A DNA stretch of 64,000 nucleotides, taken from NCBI GenBank assembly GCA_002633005.1, contig NMRA01000024.1, positions 1,145,903-1,209,902 on the forward strand, given 5' to 3'. The notes beneath the pieces were generated by a model, which worked only from the letters and a program-made list of their open reading frames with translations, was not told the origin of the DNA and made no database searches. A program made the position numbers and the translations under genes. Of this stretch, positions 63,873 to 64,000 are shown one piece after another; position 1 is the stretch's first letter; each line of letters opens with the position of its first letter. Source of the stretch: Phoronis australis (lineage: Eukaryota > Animalia > Phoronida).

Positions 63873-64000
63873 AAAGCATTCAATAAACTCAATTCAGTGA
63901 GTGGTGTCACCCTGTATAATTAGAAATGTTAAGTATCCTCGTTAAAGTGTAAATTTATAAATGAAGGTTTCCACCACAATTGAACCAAAACAATTGCTTT

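Overview
This is AT-rich, intron-rich animal genomic DNA, most likely from an invertebrate; the species cannot be determined from the sequence. I reconstructed four intact spliced housekeeping genes by hand, each with GT-AG introns and consistent phases: RBBP8/CtIP (+, 10 coding exons, 621 aa), ELOA/Elongin A (-, 10 exons, 704 aa), ADI1 (+, 4 exons, 180 aa) and COPS4 (-, 10 exons, 406 aa). They are arranged convergent / divergent / convergent. Introns and intergenic DNA hold many non-autonomous DNA transposons (Harbinger-like, hAT-like, CACTA-like and a family with 9-bp target site duplications, TSDs), tRNA-derived SINE heads, a decayed hAT transposase, tandem repeats and three assembly gaps. 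I found no CRISPR array, rRNA, intact tRNA or prokaryote-type system, and no clearly new multi-gene system. The most unusual signals are: (1) four tandem copies of the COPS4 exon-7 splice acceptor, where all three extra copies lead to premature stops; (2) an ELOA promoter built from nested miniature inverted-repeat elements (MITEs), plus a 39-bp micro-element of the same family; (3) a CtIP that keeps the BRCA1/CDK/KEN motifs but lacks the ATR site, KLHL15 degron and N-terminal CxxC of the human protein; (4) an unidentified decayed ORF in COPS4 intron 1. All comparisons were made by eye; no database search was run.
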